From assembly GCA_905182345.1 (NCBI GenBank), contig CAJJBG010000007.1, forward strand, positions 4,011-68,010: a stretch of 64,000 nt of DNA, read 5' to 3'. A program made the position numbers and the translations under genes. Positions 44,604 to 54,128 of the stretch are shown here, piece after piece; the first letter of the stretch is position 1, and each line of letters opens with the position of its first letter. This DNA is from Pelagibacteraceae bacterium AG-422-B15. Lineage in GTDB: Bacteria > Pseudomonadota > Alphaproteobacteria > Pelagibacterales > AG-422-B15. The notes under the pieces are model-generated. The model saw only the letters and a program-made list of their open reading frames with translations, was not told where the DNA came from and did no database searches.

Positions 44604-45437
44604 GTGAGAATATTTAAATTTTTTACAACACTATTAATTACCTTATCTTTATCTTCTTTTGCATTAGCAGGAGACTGGTCAAAAATAAGAATTGGAACGG
44701 AAGGGGCATACGAGCCTTGGAACTATACAAATGCAGCTGGCGAATTAGTTGGCGCTGAAATTGATCTTGCTCGAGATTTATGTGCAAGAATGAATGCAGA
44801 TTGTGAATTCGTACAACAGGATTGGGATGGAATTATTCCAGCTTTAACTAATGGTAAGTATGATGCAATCATGGCTGGCATGTCGATTACCGAAGAGAGA
44901 ATGAAAACTATCAGCTTTTCTTCAGCCTATATGACTGAGCCTGCTAGAATGTCTACAGTCAAAGGCTCACCATTAACTACATTATCTACTGCTAAAAATT
45001 TGAACTTAGATGATGATAGTGGTGCTACTAAAGGCACTATTGGAACGTTAAACGCAGCTCTTAAAGGGTTAAGAATTGGTGTTACAGCGGCTACAATTCA
45101 CGAGGACTTTGCTAACACTCACTTAAGCAGTGCAGAACTTAAAATTTATCCAACTCAAGATGAAATGAATTTAGATTTATCTGCTGGTAGAATTGATGCT
45201 GCATTAAGTGACATCGGTACTATAGAAGCTTATATGGGCACACCATCTGGTGCAAACGTTGCATTCTTTGGTCCAAACATATTTGGTGGATTACTAGGTG
45301 AAGGTGTTGGAGCTGGTATCAGACAAGAAGATTCAGATCTAAAAGCTATGTTTGATAAAGCTATAGCTGAAGCTGCTGCTGATGGAACTATTGGTAGAAT
45401 TTCTACTCAGTATTTTGGTAAAGATTTGGCTCCGTAA
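44604..45437 (+). CDS. periplasmic polar amino acid/opine ABC transporter substrate-binding protein (family 3 SBP)
   Basis: Signal peptide, GTEGAYEPWNY, DWDGIIPAL..GKYDAIMAGMSIT. GGAGG RBS and GTG start. Confidence 0.85.
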   Translation: MRIFKFFTTLLITLSLSSFALAGDWSKIRIGTEGAYEPWNYTNAAGELVGAEIDLARDLCARMNADCEFVQQDWDGIIPALTNGKYDAIMAGMSITEERMKTISFSSAYMTEPARMSTVKGSPLTTLSTAKNLNLDDDSGATKGTIGTLNAALKGLRIGVTAATIHEDFANTHLSSAELKIYPTQDEMNLDLSAGRIDAALSDIGTIEAYMGTPSGANVAFFGPNIFGGLLGEGVGAGIRQEDSDLKAMFDKAIAEAAADGTIGRISTQYFGKDLAP

Positions 45438-45460
45438 TATTTAATCATTAAAAAAGATCA

Positions 45461-45495
45461 AAAACGGCTGTAATATATTGCAGCCGTTTTTTTTT
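45461..45495 (+). terminator. rho-independent terminator after the SBP gene
   Basis: AAAAACGGCTG-(10-nt loop)-CAGCCG followed by T9. Confidence 0.8.
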
Positions 45496-45512
45496 AACCT
45501 ATTATTAAAAAT

Positions 45513-46223
45513 ATGATGGAACTTCTAGCGTTTGGAGATACTGGTTGGGGTGACGAACTTCTTATAAGTGCTGTTATGACTATATTGGTTAGCACTTCAT
45601 CGCTTTTTCTCGGTCTAATTATAGGTACAATTTTCGCAAGCTTTAAGCTTTCAAGTTCATACATATTAAAGTTTATTGCTGAAACTTATACAACTGTCAT
45701 CAGAGGTGTTCCAGAATTGCTGGTTATATACCTTTTATTTTTTGGTGGTAGTAGTGCCCTAATGTACGTTGCAAGCATATTTGGACATAATGGGTACTTA
45801 GAACTAAGCCCCTTTACAATTGGGACCATTGCTGTTGGTGCAATTTCTGGAGCATATTCTACAGAGGTTATAAGAGGAGCTATTCTTGCAGTACCGAAAG
45901 GTCAATTTGAAGCAGCAAACACGTTAGGTATGAGTAAATATAGTATGTTTTTTAAAATAATCTTTCCACAAGTAGCAAGAATAGCCTTACCAGGCATAGG
46001 TAATGTTTGGCAGGTAACATTAAAAGACACCGCCTTAATAAGTGTTACAGGTTTAGTAGAAATTATGCGGCAATCTAGAGTTGCGGCTGGCTCTACTCAT
46101 GAACCATTTATATTTTATGCAGTTGCAATTGTTTTATATTTAATAATTACATCTTTTTCATCCAAGCTTTTCAATCGAGCCGAAAGTCGTTTTTCCAAAG
46201 GCTTTGTTAGAGAGGATATCTAA
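45513..46223 (+). CDS. amino acid ABC transporter permease (HisQ-like)
   Basis: Multi-TM protein with an EAA-like loop, EAANTLGMSKYSMFFKIIFPQ. Confidence 0.85.
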   Translation: MMELLAFGDTGWGDELLISAVMTILVSTSSLFLGLIIGTIFASFKLSSSYILKFIAETYTTVIRGVPELLVIYLLFFGGSSALMYVASIFGHNGYLELSPFTIGTIAVGAISGAYSTEVIRGAILAVPKGQFEAANTLGMSKYSMFFKIIFPQVARIALPGIGNVWQVTLKDTALISVTGLVEIMRQSRVAAGSTHEPFIFYAVAIVLYLIITSFSSKLFNRAESRFSKGFVREDI

Positions 46224-46904
46224 ATGAGATTTGAATTAATGTATGAATCATTCTTTAAAATTATTAAAGGCATCCCTCTTACTTTAGAAGTTGTATTTCT
46301 ATCTACTATTCTTGGTCTTTTTTTTGCAATAATTGTTGCTCTTATGCGTGTTTCAAAAAATAAATTTATTAGTAATCCTGCATACTATTTTATTTATGGA
46401 ATAAGAGGCACACCATTACTTCTTCAACTTTATTTTATTTATTATGGTATTGGCCAGTTTTCAGTAGTACGTGAAAGTTTCTTATGGGTGCTTTTTAAAG
46501 AGCCTTACTTTTGTGGAATCTTAACATTAACTTTAAGCACCGCTGCTTATTCAGCTGAAATTATTAGAGGCGGTATGCAGTCAGTTGGACCGGGCTATAT
46601 TGAGGCGGGAAGTTCTCTAGGAATGAGTAAAATGCTTAGATTGAGAAAAATCATATTACCCATAACAATCAGGCAGGCATTACCTGCCTATGGCAATGAA
46701 ATAATACTTATGGTTAAGGCAAGTTCTTTAATTAGTATTGTCACACTTATGGAAATTACAGGTATTGCTAGGACCATAATTTCAAAAACCTATGCTCCAG
46801 TTGAGATATTCATTGTTGCAGGTTCAATATATTTACTAATTAACTTTATTGTGACAAGGTTAATAAAGTTTGCTGAAAATAGATTAAATCAAGGGCAAGC
46901 TTAA
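46224..46904 (+). CDS. amino acid ABC transporter permease (HisM-like)
   Basis: Multi-TM protein with an EAA-like loop, EAGSSLGMSKMLRLRKIILP. Confidence 0.85.
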   Translation: MRFELMYESFFKIIKGIPLTLEVVFLSTILGLFFAIIVALMRVSKNKFISNPAYYFIYGIRGTPLLLQLYFIYYGIGQFSVVRESFLWVLFKEPYFCGILTLTLSTAAYSAEIIRGGMQSVGPGYIEAGSSLGMSKMLRLRKIILPITIRQALPAYGNEIILMVKASSLISIVTLMEITGIARTIISKTYAPVEIFIVAGSIYLLINFIVTRLIKFAENRLNQGQA

Positions 46905-46920
46905 ATATATTGGAAAATTT

Positions 46921-47730
46921 ATGAATTATTTTAATGATAAGGTTGTTTGGATCACAGGTGCCTCATCGGGAATAGGCAAGGAACTTGCAATACAGCTATC
47001 TAAATTCGGAGCTATACTAGTTTTAACAGCTAGACGTGAAAAAGAATTAGCTGAAGTTAAAGCTCTATGTGCCAACGCAACTGTACATGTATTTCCATAT
47101 GATTTAGAGAATCTAAATGACATTCCTAAATTGTATAATGATGTTATCAAAGAGACTGGAGCTATTGACATCCTAATAAATAATGCAGGAATTTCTGCCT
47201 GGTCTTCAGTAAATGAAACCAATCTTGATGTTTATAAAAGAGTTATTAATTTAGATTACTTATCAGTAGTTGCTTTAACAAAATCTGTACTACCTGATAT
47301 GATTAGAAAAAAATCAGGACAAATTGTTACGAACACTAGTCTATTAGGAAAACTTTCAACTAAAAAAAGATCTGTTTATGCCGGAGCTAAGCATGCACTT
47401 CATGGATTTATTGATGCATTAAGAGCAGAGGTATATGAATATAACATTAAAGTAAATACAGTCGCACCAGGCTTTGTAAATACCGATGTTGGAATCAAGG
47501 CCTTAACAGAAGATGGTAACTCTTATGGTAAAAATGATAGAGGGCATGAAAGTAAAGGCATGAAAGTAGAGAGGGCCGCTCAACTAATTATTAATGCTAT
47601 TATCAAAAATAAGAGAGAGGTGTTGGTTATACCTAAATTTTCACTACTTATGATAGCTTCGCTGTTAAGTAGATTTGCCCCTAGTATAAGTGCAATACTG
47701 GCAAGAAATTATGATGAAGATAAGCAGTAA
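46921..47730 (+). CDS. short-chain dehydrogenase/reductase (SDR)
   Basis: TGASSGIG, NNAG and YAGAKHAL (YxxxK) motifs. Confidence 0.85.
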   Translation: MNYFNDKVVWITGASSGIGKELAIQLSKFGAILVLTARREKELAEVKALCANATVHVFPYDLENLNDIPKLYNDVIKETGAIDILINNAGISAWSSVNETNLDVYKRVINLDYLSVVALTKSVLPDMIRKKSGQIVTNTSLLGKLSTKKRSVYAGAKHALHGFIDALRAEVYEYNIKVNTVAPGFVNTDVGIKALTEDGNSYGKNDRGHESKGMKVERAAQLIINAIIKNKREVLVIPKFSLLMIASLLSRFAPSISAILARNYDEDKQ

Positions 47731-47732
47731 TC

Positions 47733-48317
47733 TTATTTTTTTAGATCGTCAGTAAGGAATTTCATACTATCTATCCCCCAATACATCTCATTATTTAAAT
47801 AAAATGTTGGAACTCCAAAAGCTCCATTATCAATTGCAAATTGTGTACTTTGTTTTAGTTCGTCTTTAATTTCATCACTCATAATACCCTCAGCAAAGTC
47901 ATTACCATCAATACCAGATTCAATTGCAACCTCTGATAGAATTATTTGATCATTAAGATTAAGGCCTTTAACCCAAATAGCATCAAACATTTTTTCTGTA
48001 TACACATCTAGCAGATTCATTTTTTTTGCAACATGTGCGCCACGCATATGTGGAACAGTTATAATAGGGAAGTATGGATTCATCTTAATTTTAACAGCCA
48101 GTTTCTCTGACCATCTAGCCATATCTTTAGCTAAATATGCAAATTTTTTAGGAATCATTAATGGAGCTCTATTTTCAGTAGATTTAAATATACCACCCAC
48201 AAGAACAGGCTTTAAATCAATATTTGCACCAATTTCAGTAATTGAGTTTAAGTTTTTATAGGCTAAATAAGAATAGGGACTGCCAAAATCAAAGCAAAAA
48301 GTAACAGTTTGTGTCAT
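47733..48317 (-). CDS. 2-hydroxychromene-2-carboxylate isomerase family protein (DsbA-like fold)
   Basis: N-terminal FCFDFGSPYSYLA and C-terminal GAFGVPTFYLNNEMYWG. Confidence 0.75.
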   Translation of the reverse strand: MTQTVTFCFDFGSPYSYLAYKNLNSITEIGANIDLKPVLVGGIFKSTENRAPLMIPKKFAYLAKDMARWSEKLAVKIKMNPYFPIITVPHMRGAHVAKKMNLLDVYTEKMFDAIWVKGLNLNDQIILSEVAIESGIDGNDFAEGIMSDEIKDELKQSTQFAIDNGAFGVPTFYLNNEMYWGIDSMKFLTDDLKK

Positions 48318-48370
48318 ATTTATTTGTTATAGTTTCAAATGGAAGTATACATTATTTCAGTGAGTAGTAA

Positions 48371-49522
48371 ATGAAGATAGTAATAATAACAGGAGAAGAA
48401 TCTGGCGATGAACTTGGTGCGTCTTTAGTAGATGCGCTGAAACAATCATCTATAGGTGAATTTGAGTTATATGGAATAGGTGGCTCATTGTTACTAAAAA
48501 GAGGGATTAATAACTTTCATAATATTTCTGAGATTAATGTAATGGGTATTGTTGAAGTTGTGCCTAAAATTTTAAAAATAAAAAAAATTATAAATAATGT
48601 AACTAAGCAAGTAGCAGAACTTAAGCCGGATATTGTTATTACTATTGATAGTCCAGATTTTACGCTTAGAGTTGCTAACAAAATAAAATCAATCAATCCA
48701 TCAATCAAAATTATACATTATGTAGCTCCATCTATATGGGGCTGGAGACCCAAGCGAGTTTTTACTGTTAAATCTGCAGTCAACCATTTATTAACTATCT
48801 TGCCATTTGAAAAAAAATTATTTGAAAAAGAAGGTATCGCAACAAGTTTTGTAGGACACCCAATTACACATAAAAAAAAGCCTGATATAACTTTTAATCA
48901 ATTTAATGAAAAATACTTGTCAGGCAATACAAAACCAATTTTACTAATCTTACCTGGAAGTCGAAAACCAGAGATTGATAAGTTGTTAAATATTTATTTA
49001 AAGGCAATTGAGAGTTTTAATTTTTATAAAGATTTTTCAATTGTACTTCCAATTAAAAAATCTTTATCTAAATATATTGAACAATTAATTATTGGTAAGA
49101 ATATTAATTTTAAAATAACAATACTAGATGATGAGGAGGCTAAGTATGAGTCTTTTGTAGTCGCAGATTATGCTATAGCTACCTCTGGTACTGTAGCTTT
49201 GGAGCTTTCGTACTTTAATATAGCATACCTTGTTGCTTATAAATTCAATTTTTTAAGCTATGTCATCATTAAAATGCTGGCTCAGGCAAAATTTGCCAAC
49301 TTAATTAACATCATTAATGACAAAAAAGTTATTCCTGAATTAATTCAGTCAGAATGTAGCATAAATAATATTGGGCAAACATTAGAGAAAATTATTAATG
49401 ATAATAAATATAAAAATAATATTCTTAATGCATCAGCTAATGCTATAAAACAATTAAGATCTACTGCGGCACCATCAGATCTCGCGGCTGATGAAGTAAT
49501 TAGATTAATTAAAAATGATTAG
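48371..49522 (+). CDS. lpxB: lipid-A-disaccharide synthase LpxB
   Basis: IIITGEESGDELGA, IDSPDFTLRVA, YVAPSIWGWRP and LPGSR motifs. Confidence 0.85.
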   Translation: MKIVIITGEESGDELGASLVDALKQSSIGEFELYGIGGSLLLKRGINNFHNISEINVMGIVEVVPKILKIKKIINNVTKQVAELKPDIVITIDSPDFTLRVANKIKSINPSIKIIHYVAPSIWGWRPKRVFTVKSAVNHLLTILPFEKKLFEKEGIATSFVGHPITHKKKPDITFNQFNEKYLSGNTKPILLILPGSRKPEIDKLLNIYLKAIESFNFYKDFSIVLPIKKSLSKYIEQLIIGKNINFKITILDDEEAKYESFVVADYAIATSGTVALELSYFNIAYLVAYKFNFLSYVIIKMLAQAKFANLINIINDKKVIPELIQSECSINNIGQTLEKIINDNKYKNNILNASANAIKQLRSTAAPSDLAADEVIRLIKND

Positions 49523-50042
49523 TGAAAATTATAAAAAAATTGAAGCGAAAGCTTTTTGGTACTTAGAAAAGTATGCTTCTAGCTCAAAAAATCTTAAGGA
49601 GTATTTAAAGAGGAAAGTTAGAGATACTGATCTAAATCAAGATAGTGAAATTATTATTAATCAAATTATTTTAAATTTAGAAAAGCAAAATATCCTTAAT
49701 GACAATCTATTTTCAGAAAGTAAAGCAAAGAATTTTATTCACAAAGGATGGTCAATTTCAAAAATTAAATTTAAATTAAAACAACTTGGAATTGATAATG
49801 AGATTATAGATAGCAGTATTGATACCTTAAAATCAGAAGAACCGAACCTTGAATTAATTGCTGCATCTAAGTTAGTTAAAAAAAAATCATTAGGTGTGTA
49901 TAGAAAAAAAACTCTAGATGATAAATTAATGAATAGAGAGTTTGGAGTTCTAGCTCGAGCTGGATTTAATTACGCTTTGTCAAAAAAAATTCTAAAAGAA
50001 CTAACTCTTGAAGAAATTGAGAATATCATAAACAATCATTAA
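49515..50042 (+). CDS. recX: RecX-like regulatory protein
   Basis: 175 aa with helical-repeat architecture (A..YL....SS..L..YL..K; LNDNLFSE). A weak call resting on pattern only. Confidence 0.5.
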   Translation: MISENYKKIEAKAFWYLEKYASSSKNLKEYLKRKVRDTDLNQDSEIIINQIILNLEKQNILNDNLFSESKAKNFIHKGWSISKIKFKLKQLGIDNEIIDSSIDTLKSEEPNLELIAASKLVKKKSLGVYRKKTLDDKLMNREFGVLARAGFNYALSKKILKELTLEEIENIINNH

Positions 50043-50089
50043 TAGAAAAAATATATATTTAAGATTAATTTATTAGTAAGGAAAAAAAA

Positions 50090-50842
50090 ATGAAAGATAA
50101 AGTAGTAATAATTACAGGCGCGGCAAGAGGCTTAGGTCAAAAATATTGTATTGAATTTGCAAAAGCTGGAGCACATATAGTCGCTGCAGACATAGCTTCA
50201 TGTAACGAGACAGAAAAACTTGTTAAAAATGTTGGAGGTGAATGTTTGAATCTTGAATTGGATGTAACTGATTTTGATAGCTGCTTAAATCTAGCATCTA
50301 AAACTTTAGAAAAATTCAATAAGATTGATGTCCTAGTTAATAATGCTGCTTTATATGGAACCTTAAAAAGTAGCAGATTTGAAGATATAGAGAGTGATCA
50401 ATGGGATAAGGCAATGAACGTCAATGTTAAGGGTGTCTGGAATTGCTGTAGAGCTGTAGTACCTTCAATGAGAACACAAAAAAGTGGATCTATAATTAAC
50501 ATTGCATCATTGGCTGCCATATACGGAATGCCTTATGCTGCAGACTATGCCTCTTCTAAAGCGGCTGTGCTTGGCTTAACTAGAGTTATAGCAAGAGAGG
50601 TAGGTAAAGATGGAATTAGGGTAAATTCAGTTGCACCTTCAATGGTAAGGACGGATTCTGCTGCAGAATTTCTTGGTGAGAAAGCGGATAGAGCATTCGA
50701 TGTTATTGCTAAAGGACAAATACTTCAAAAAACTTTAGAGGTAGATGATATTTATGGCACCATTCTCTATCTAGCAGGTAATCAGAGTAAATTTGTTACA
50801 GGCCAGACATTGATGGTAGATGGTGGGAGTGTTCTACTTTAA
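50090..50842 (+). CDS. SDR-family oxidoreductase (FabG-like)
   Basis: TGAARGLG, NNAA and YASSKAAV (YxxxK) motifs. Confidence 0.85.
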   Translation: MKDKVVIITGAARGLGQKYCIEFAKAGAHIVAADIASCNETEKLVKNVGGECLNLELDVTDFDSCLNLASKTLEKFNKIDVLVNNAALYGTLKSSRFEDIESDQWDKAMNVNVKGVWNCCRAVVPSMRTQKSGSIINIASLAAIYGMPYAADYASSKAAVLGLTRVIAREVGKDGIRVNSVAPSMVRTDSAAEFLGEKADRAFDVIAKGQILQKTLEVDDIYGTILYLAGNQSKFVTGQTLMVDGGSVLL

Positions 50843-50912
50843 ATAAATAGAATAGTAGCTAAAAAACAAAAGAGATAGACAATGCAATTAGAAATTAAGC
50901 TAAATTTATAAC

Positions 50913-52154
50913 TTAATTTTCATTACTTAAATCTTCTGCATCCGGATAAAGCTCCATAATTGCAGGCGATGATCTACTTGTAACAAAGACAGCACTTCGC
51001 TGTTCATTCAAAGGAACAGAGTCTCTTACTGATATCCTATACAATGCATATATCCCAATTAAAGTATGGATGATAAATAAGTAAATCCAAAACCCATTAG
51101 AGCCTAAAAAATTCATAAATAACCCAGCTATGATTGGACCAATAGTTAAGCCAATACCAGCAACAAACAATAGACCACCACTAGCAGCAATCATTTCAGA
51201 TTTTGAAAGAAAATCATTAGTATGTGCTATTGCAAGAGAATAAAGAGGGACTGTTAATCCGCCAAAAATAAATGCTATAATTAACAATAAATTAAAATCT
51301 GCACTAAAAATTAAAGCAAGCACACTTAATAAAGATGCGGTGAATGAGACTATGGTAAGAACAAGTCTTCTATCATATATATCTGACAAATATCCAATTA
51401 TGTACTGAAAAATTGCACCTCCGCTAATAAAGCTAAACATAAAGAATGAAGTCTGAGATACACTTAAACCGCTCATAAGAGTGTAAACAGAACCAACTCC
51501 CCAAAGTGCTCCATGTGCTGTTCCAACAGCTATAGAAGAAACAACACCTAATGGAGATGCCTTGTACAATTGTCTGATAGATAAAATTTCTGTTATTGAA
51601 TAATCAGGTTGCTTTCCAACTGTAATCAGAATTGGAACCAGGGACATTGAAATAAGAATTGAAACAAGCATAAAAAGAGTAGTGTCATTCGGGTCTGCAA
51701 AGTTTAAAAATAATTGACCAATAGCATTACCACCCATACTAATAATCATATAGATTGACAAAGCTTGTCCTCTGCTTTCATTTTCAGATTGGTCATTAAT
51801 CCAGCTTTCTGCAACACAATACATTCCAACAAAACAAAATCCAGTTGCAAACCTCATTAAAAACCAGCTAATTAATGAAAAATGTAAAGTATGAAGAAGG
51901 ATTGCTATAGATGCAATTGATGCTAGGGAAGCAAAAACTCTAACATGACCAACTTTTTGTATTCGCTCAGGAATAATAATTGCTCCCAACATAAATCCAG
52001 CATAGTATCCAGTCATTATTATACCGACTATGAATGGTGAGTAACCTTCTGTAGATGCACGCACACCAATCAAAGTTCCCTGCAAACCATTGGCAAGAAA
52101 TATCATAGCTATACCAAAGAACAGCGCCCAGCTTGATTTTAATAGTGTAAACAT
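50913..52154 (-). CDS. MFS transporter
   Basis: 413 aa with about 12 predicted TM helices. The loop 2-3 region reads ERIQKVGHVRVF. Confidence 0.8.
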   Translation of the reverse strand: MFTLLKSSWALFFGIAMIFLANGLQGTLIGVRASTEGYSPFIVGIIMTGYYAGFMLGAIIIPERIQKVGHVRVFASLASIASIAILLHTLHFSLISWFLMRFATGFCFVGMYCVAESWINDQSENESRGQALSIYMIISMGGNAIGQLFLNFADPNDTTLFMLVSILISMSLVPILITVGKQPDYSITEILSIRQLYKASPLGVVSSIAVGTAHGALWGVGSVYTLMSGLSVSQTSFFMFSFISGGAIFQYIIGYLSDIYDRRLVLTIVSFTASLLSVLALIFSADFNLLLIIAFIFGGLTVPLYSLAIAHTNDFLSKSEMIAASGGLLFVAGIGLTIGPIIAGLFMNFLGSNGFWIYLFIIHTLIGIYALYRISVRDSVPLNEQRSAVFVTSRSSPAIMELYPDAEDLSNEN

Positions 52155-52483
52155 TTATTATTTTAAGAGTTAATTTTTAGAATTATCTTATGCCTATCTT
52201 AAGTTAAATTCTTATGTTTCAGTTAAACCTTATCAAACTAATATTCAAGATATTTTTCTTAAGTAGCTACAATAACATAATCATCTAAGGCATATTAAGC
52301 TTAAGAGAACTAAAGATTAATACAACGCAGATTTTCTTTGTCTAATTCTAATTTTATAAACGCAAGCTAAGACTATATTTGAGGTAATTGAATAAGCTAA
52401 AAAACCTTGTATCTACTAGTTTTTTATTTGTTTTATTTATATTTTATTGTCATTGAAGCTATTTCAATATAAATGACATAATC

Positions 52484-52948
52484 ATGTTTAATAAAAGAAT
52501 ATCCATAGAGCAAGTTGAAGAGAGCAATGAACTAGCACCTAAATTTGATGAAAAGGGGTTAATTGTTGTGACAACAGTTGATGCTTCTACAGGCGAGGTA
52601 CTTATGACTGGCTACATGAACCAAGAAGCTCTAGAAAAAACTATAAAAACCAGGGAATCATACTATTTTAGTAGAAGTCATCAAGCTATATGGCACAAAG
52701 GTGCTACCAGTGGATACACTCAGAAAGTATTAGAAATTTTAATAGACGATGACCAAGATGCCCTATTTATGAAGGTAGAAATTGGTGAAAATGGGGCAAG
52801 TTGTCATGTTGGCTATAAGTCTTGTTTTTATCGCAAAATTAAATTAGAAGATAACCAGAATAAAGCTGAGTTAGAAAGTTTGGGGCATAAAAAAGTATTT
52901 GATCCAAACAAGGTTTACGGAGACGCACCTAACCCAACAAAATTATAA
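52484..52948 (+). CDS. hisI: phosphoribosyl-AMP cyclohydrolase HisI (monofunctional, with C-terminal extension)
   Basis: FSRSHQAIWHKGATSG and ASCHVGYKSCFY. The canonical DCDxD reads DDDQD here. Confidence 0.85.
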   Translation: MFNKRISIEQVEESNELAPKFDEKGLIVVTTVDASTGEVLMTGYMNQEALEKTIKTRESYYFSRSHQAIWHKGATSGYTQKVLEILIDDDQDALFMKVEIGENGASCHVGYKSCFYRKIKLEDNQNKAELESLGHKKVFDPNKVYGDAPNPTKL

Positions 52949-52958
52949 GGATAAGATT

Positions 52959-53144
52959 ATGGCAGTTCCAAAAAGTAAGATTTCAAATTCACGTAGAGGT
53001 ATGAGAAGAGCTCATCAAAGTCTTTCAAATGCTAAAATTGTTGAAGACAAAGAATCAGGTGAAATGAGATTATCGCACAATGTAGATATGACTACAGGAA
53101 TGTATAACGGTAAGAAAATATTTACACCCAAAGCTGAAAAGTAA
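52959..53144 (+). CDS. rpmF: 50S ribosomal protein L32
   Basis: MAVPKSKISNSRRGMRRAH N-terminus. Internal Met of the 52899 ORF taken as the start. Confidence 0.9.
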   Translation: MAVPKSKISNSRRGMRRAHQSLSNAKIVEDKESGEMRLSHNVDMTTGMYNGKKIFTPKAEK

Positions 53145-53147
53145 GCT

Positions 53148-54128
53148 TTAGCCCCAACACATTTTTTCTGCTAACCTTATAAAACCTTCATCATACTTAA
53201 TTCCATTTAATTGGTCTTGTTTTAAGAAGCATGGGCCATCTAGATCTATGTAGTCGGCATATTCATATAAAGTTAAGGCAGGTAACATTGAGAGAGAAGA
53301 GCCTACCATACAACCAATCATCACGCCTTTCTGAAGCTCTTTAGCTTTCTTAGCAATTTTTAATGCCTCAGTTAATCCTCCAGTTTTATCAAGCTTAATG
53401 TTTATATATTGGTATTTTTTAAAAATATCCTCCAGGTCATCGTAGCTATGAAAGGATTCATCTGCACATAAGGGAATAGGACTTTTAAAGTATAATAGGT
53501 CTTTATCTGCATCCGAGGATATAGGTTGCTCCATTAGAGATACATTCATACTTACAAGAAAGTCAGATAGCTTATCAAGAGATTGAACGGACAAACCTTC
53601 ATTTGCATCTAAAATAATTTTTGGATTTGGTGCAGCATCTCTTATCGACATCATTGAATCATGTAAGTCTTTTTCATTTACTTTAATTTTTAATATAGGG
53701 TAGTTTTCATGAGATTTAGCATCTAGAGCCATTGCTTTAGGAGTATCTAGAACAATTGTATAGCAGGTTTTAATTGTTTGAGGTTTAGGAATTTCCATAA
53801 AACTCCAAATGTTTTTATTGTTTTTTTTACACTCAAGATCCCACAAGGCACAATCTATAGCATTTCGTGCCGCACCAGGTTCAATAAACTTATGTAAATT
53901 ATGAAGGCCAATTATTTCTTCTTGTATTCCTTTTTTGATTCCTTCTAATTGTTTAATAACAGTATCAGTATTTTCTTGGTATCTACTATAGGGAACGCAT
54001 TCGCCTCGACCATAAAAGTCATTATGCCGAAGATTTACTTCAACAGTAACAGCTTCAGTTTTTGAGCCTCTAGAGATATTAAAAGGCTTATTTAGGGGCC
54101 AGGTTTTTTCTTTAAAGATAAAATCCAT
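53148..54128 (-). CDS. enolase-superfamily dipeptide epimerase / N-acyl amino acid racemase (DgcA-like)
   Basis: MR/MLE-type ligand pattern: LKIKV (KxK), LDANE, MEQP, CADES and IKLDKTGG. Confidence 0.8.
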   Translation of the reverse strand: MDFIFKEKTWPLNKPFNISRGSKTEAVTVEVNLRHNDFYGRGECVPYSRYQENTDTVIKQLEGIKKGIQEEIIGLHNLHKFIEPGAARNAIDCALWDLECKKNNKNIWSFMEIPKPQTIKTCYTIVLDTPKAMALDAKSHENYPILKIKVNEKDLHDSMMSIRDAAPNPKIILDANEGLSVQSLDKLSDFLVSMNVSLMEQPISSDADKDLLYFKSPIPLCADESFHSYDDLEDIFKKYQYINIKLDKTGGLTEALKIAKKAKELQKGVMIGCMVGSSLSMLPALTLYEYADYIDLDGPCFLKQDQLNGIKYDEGFIRLAEKMCWG

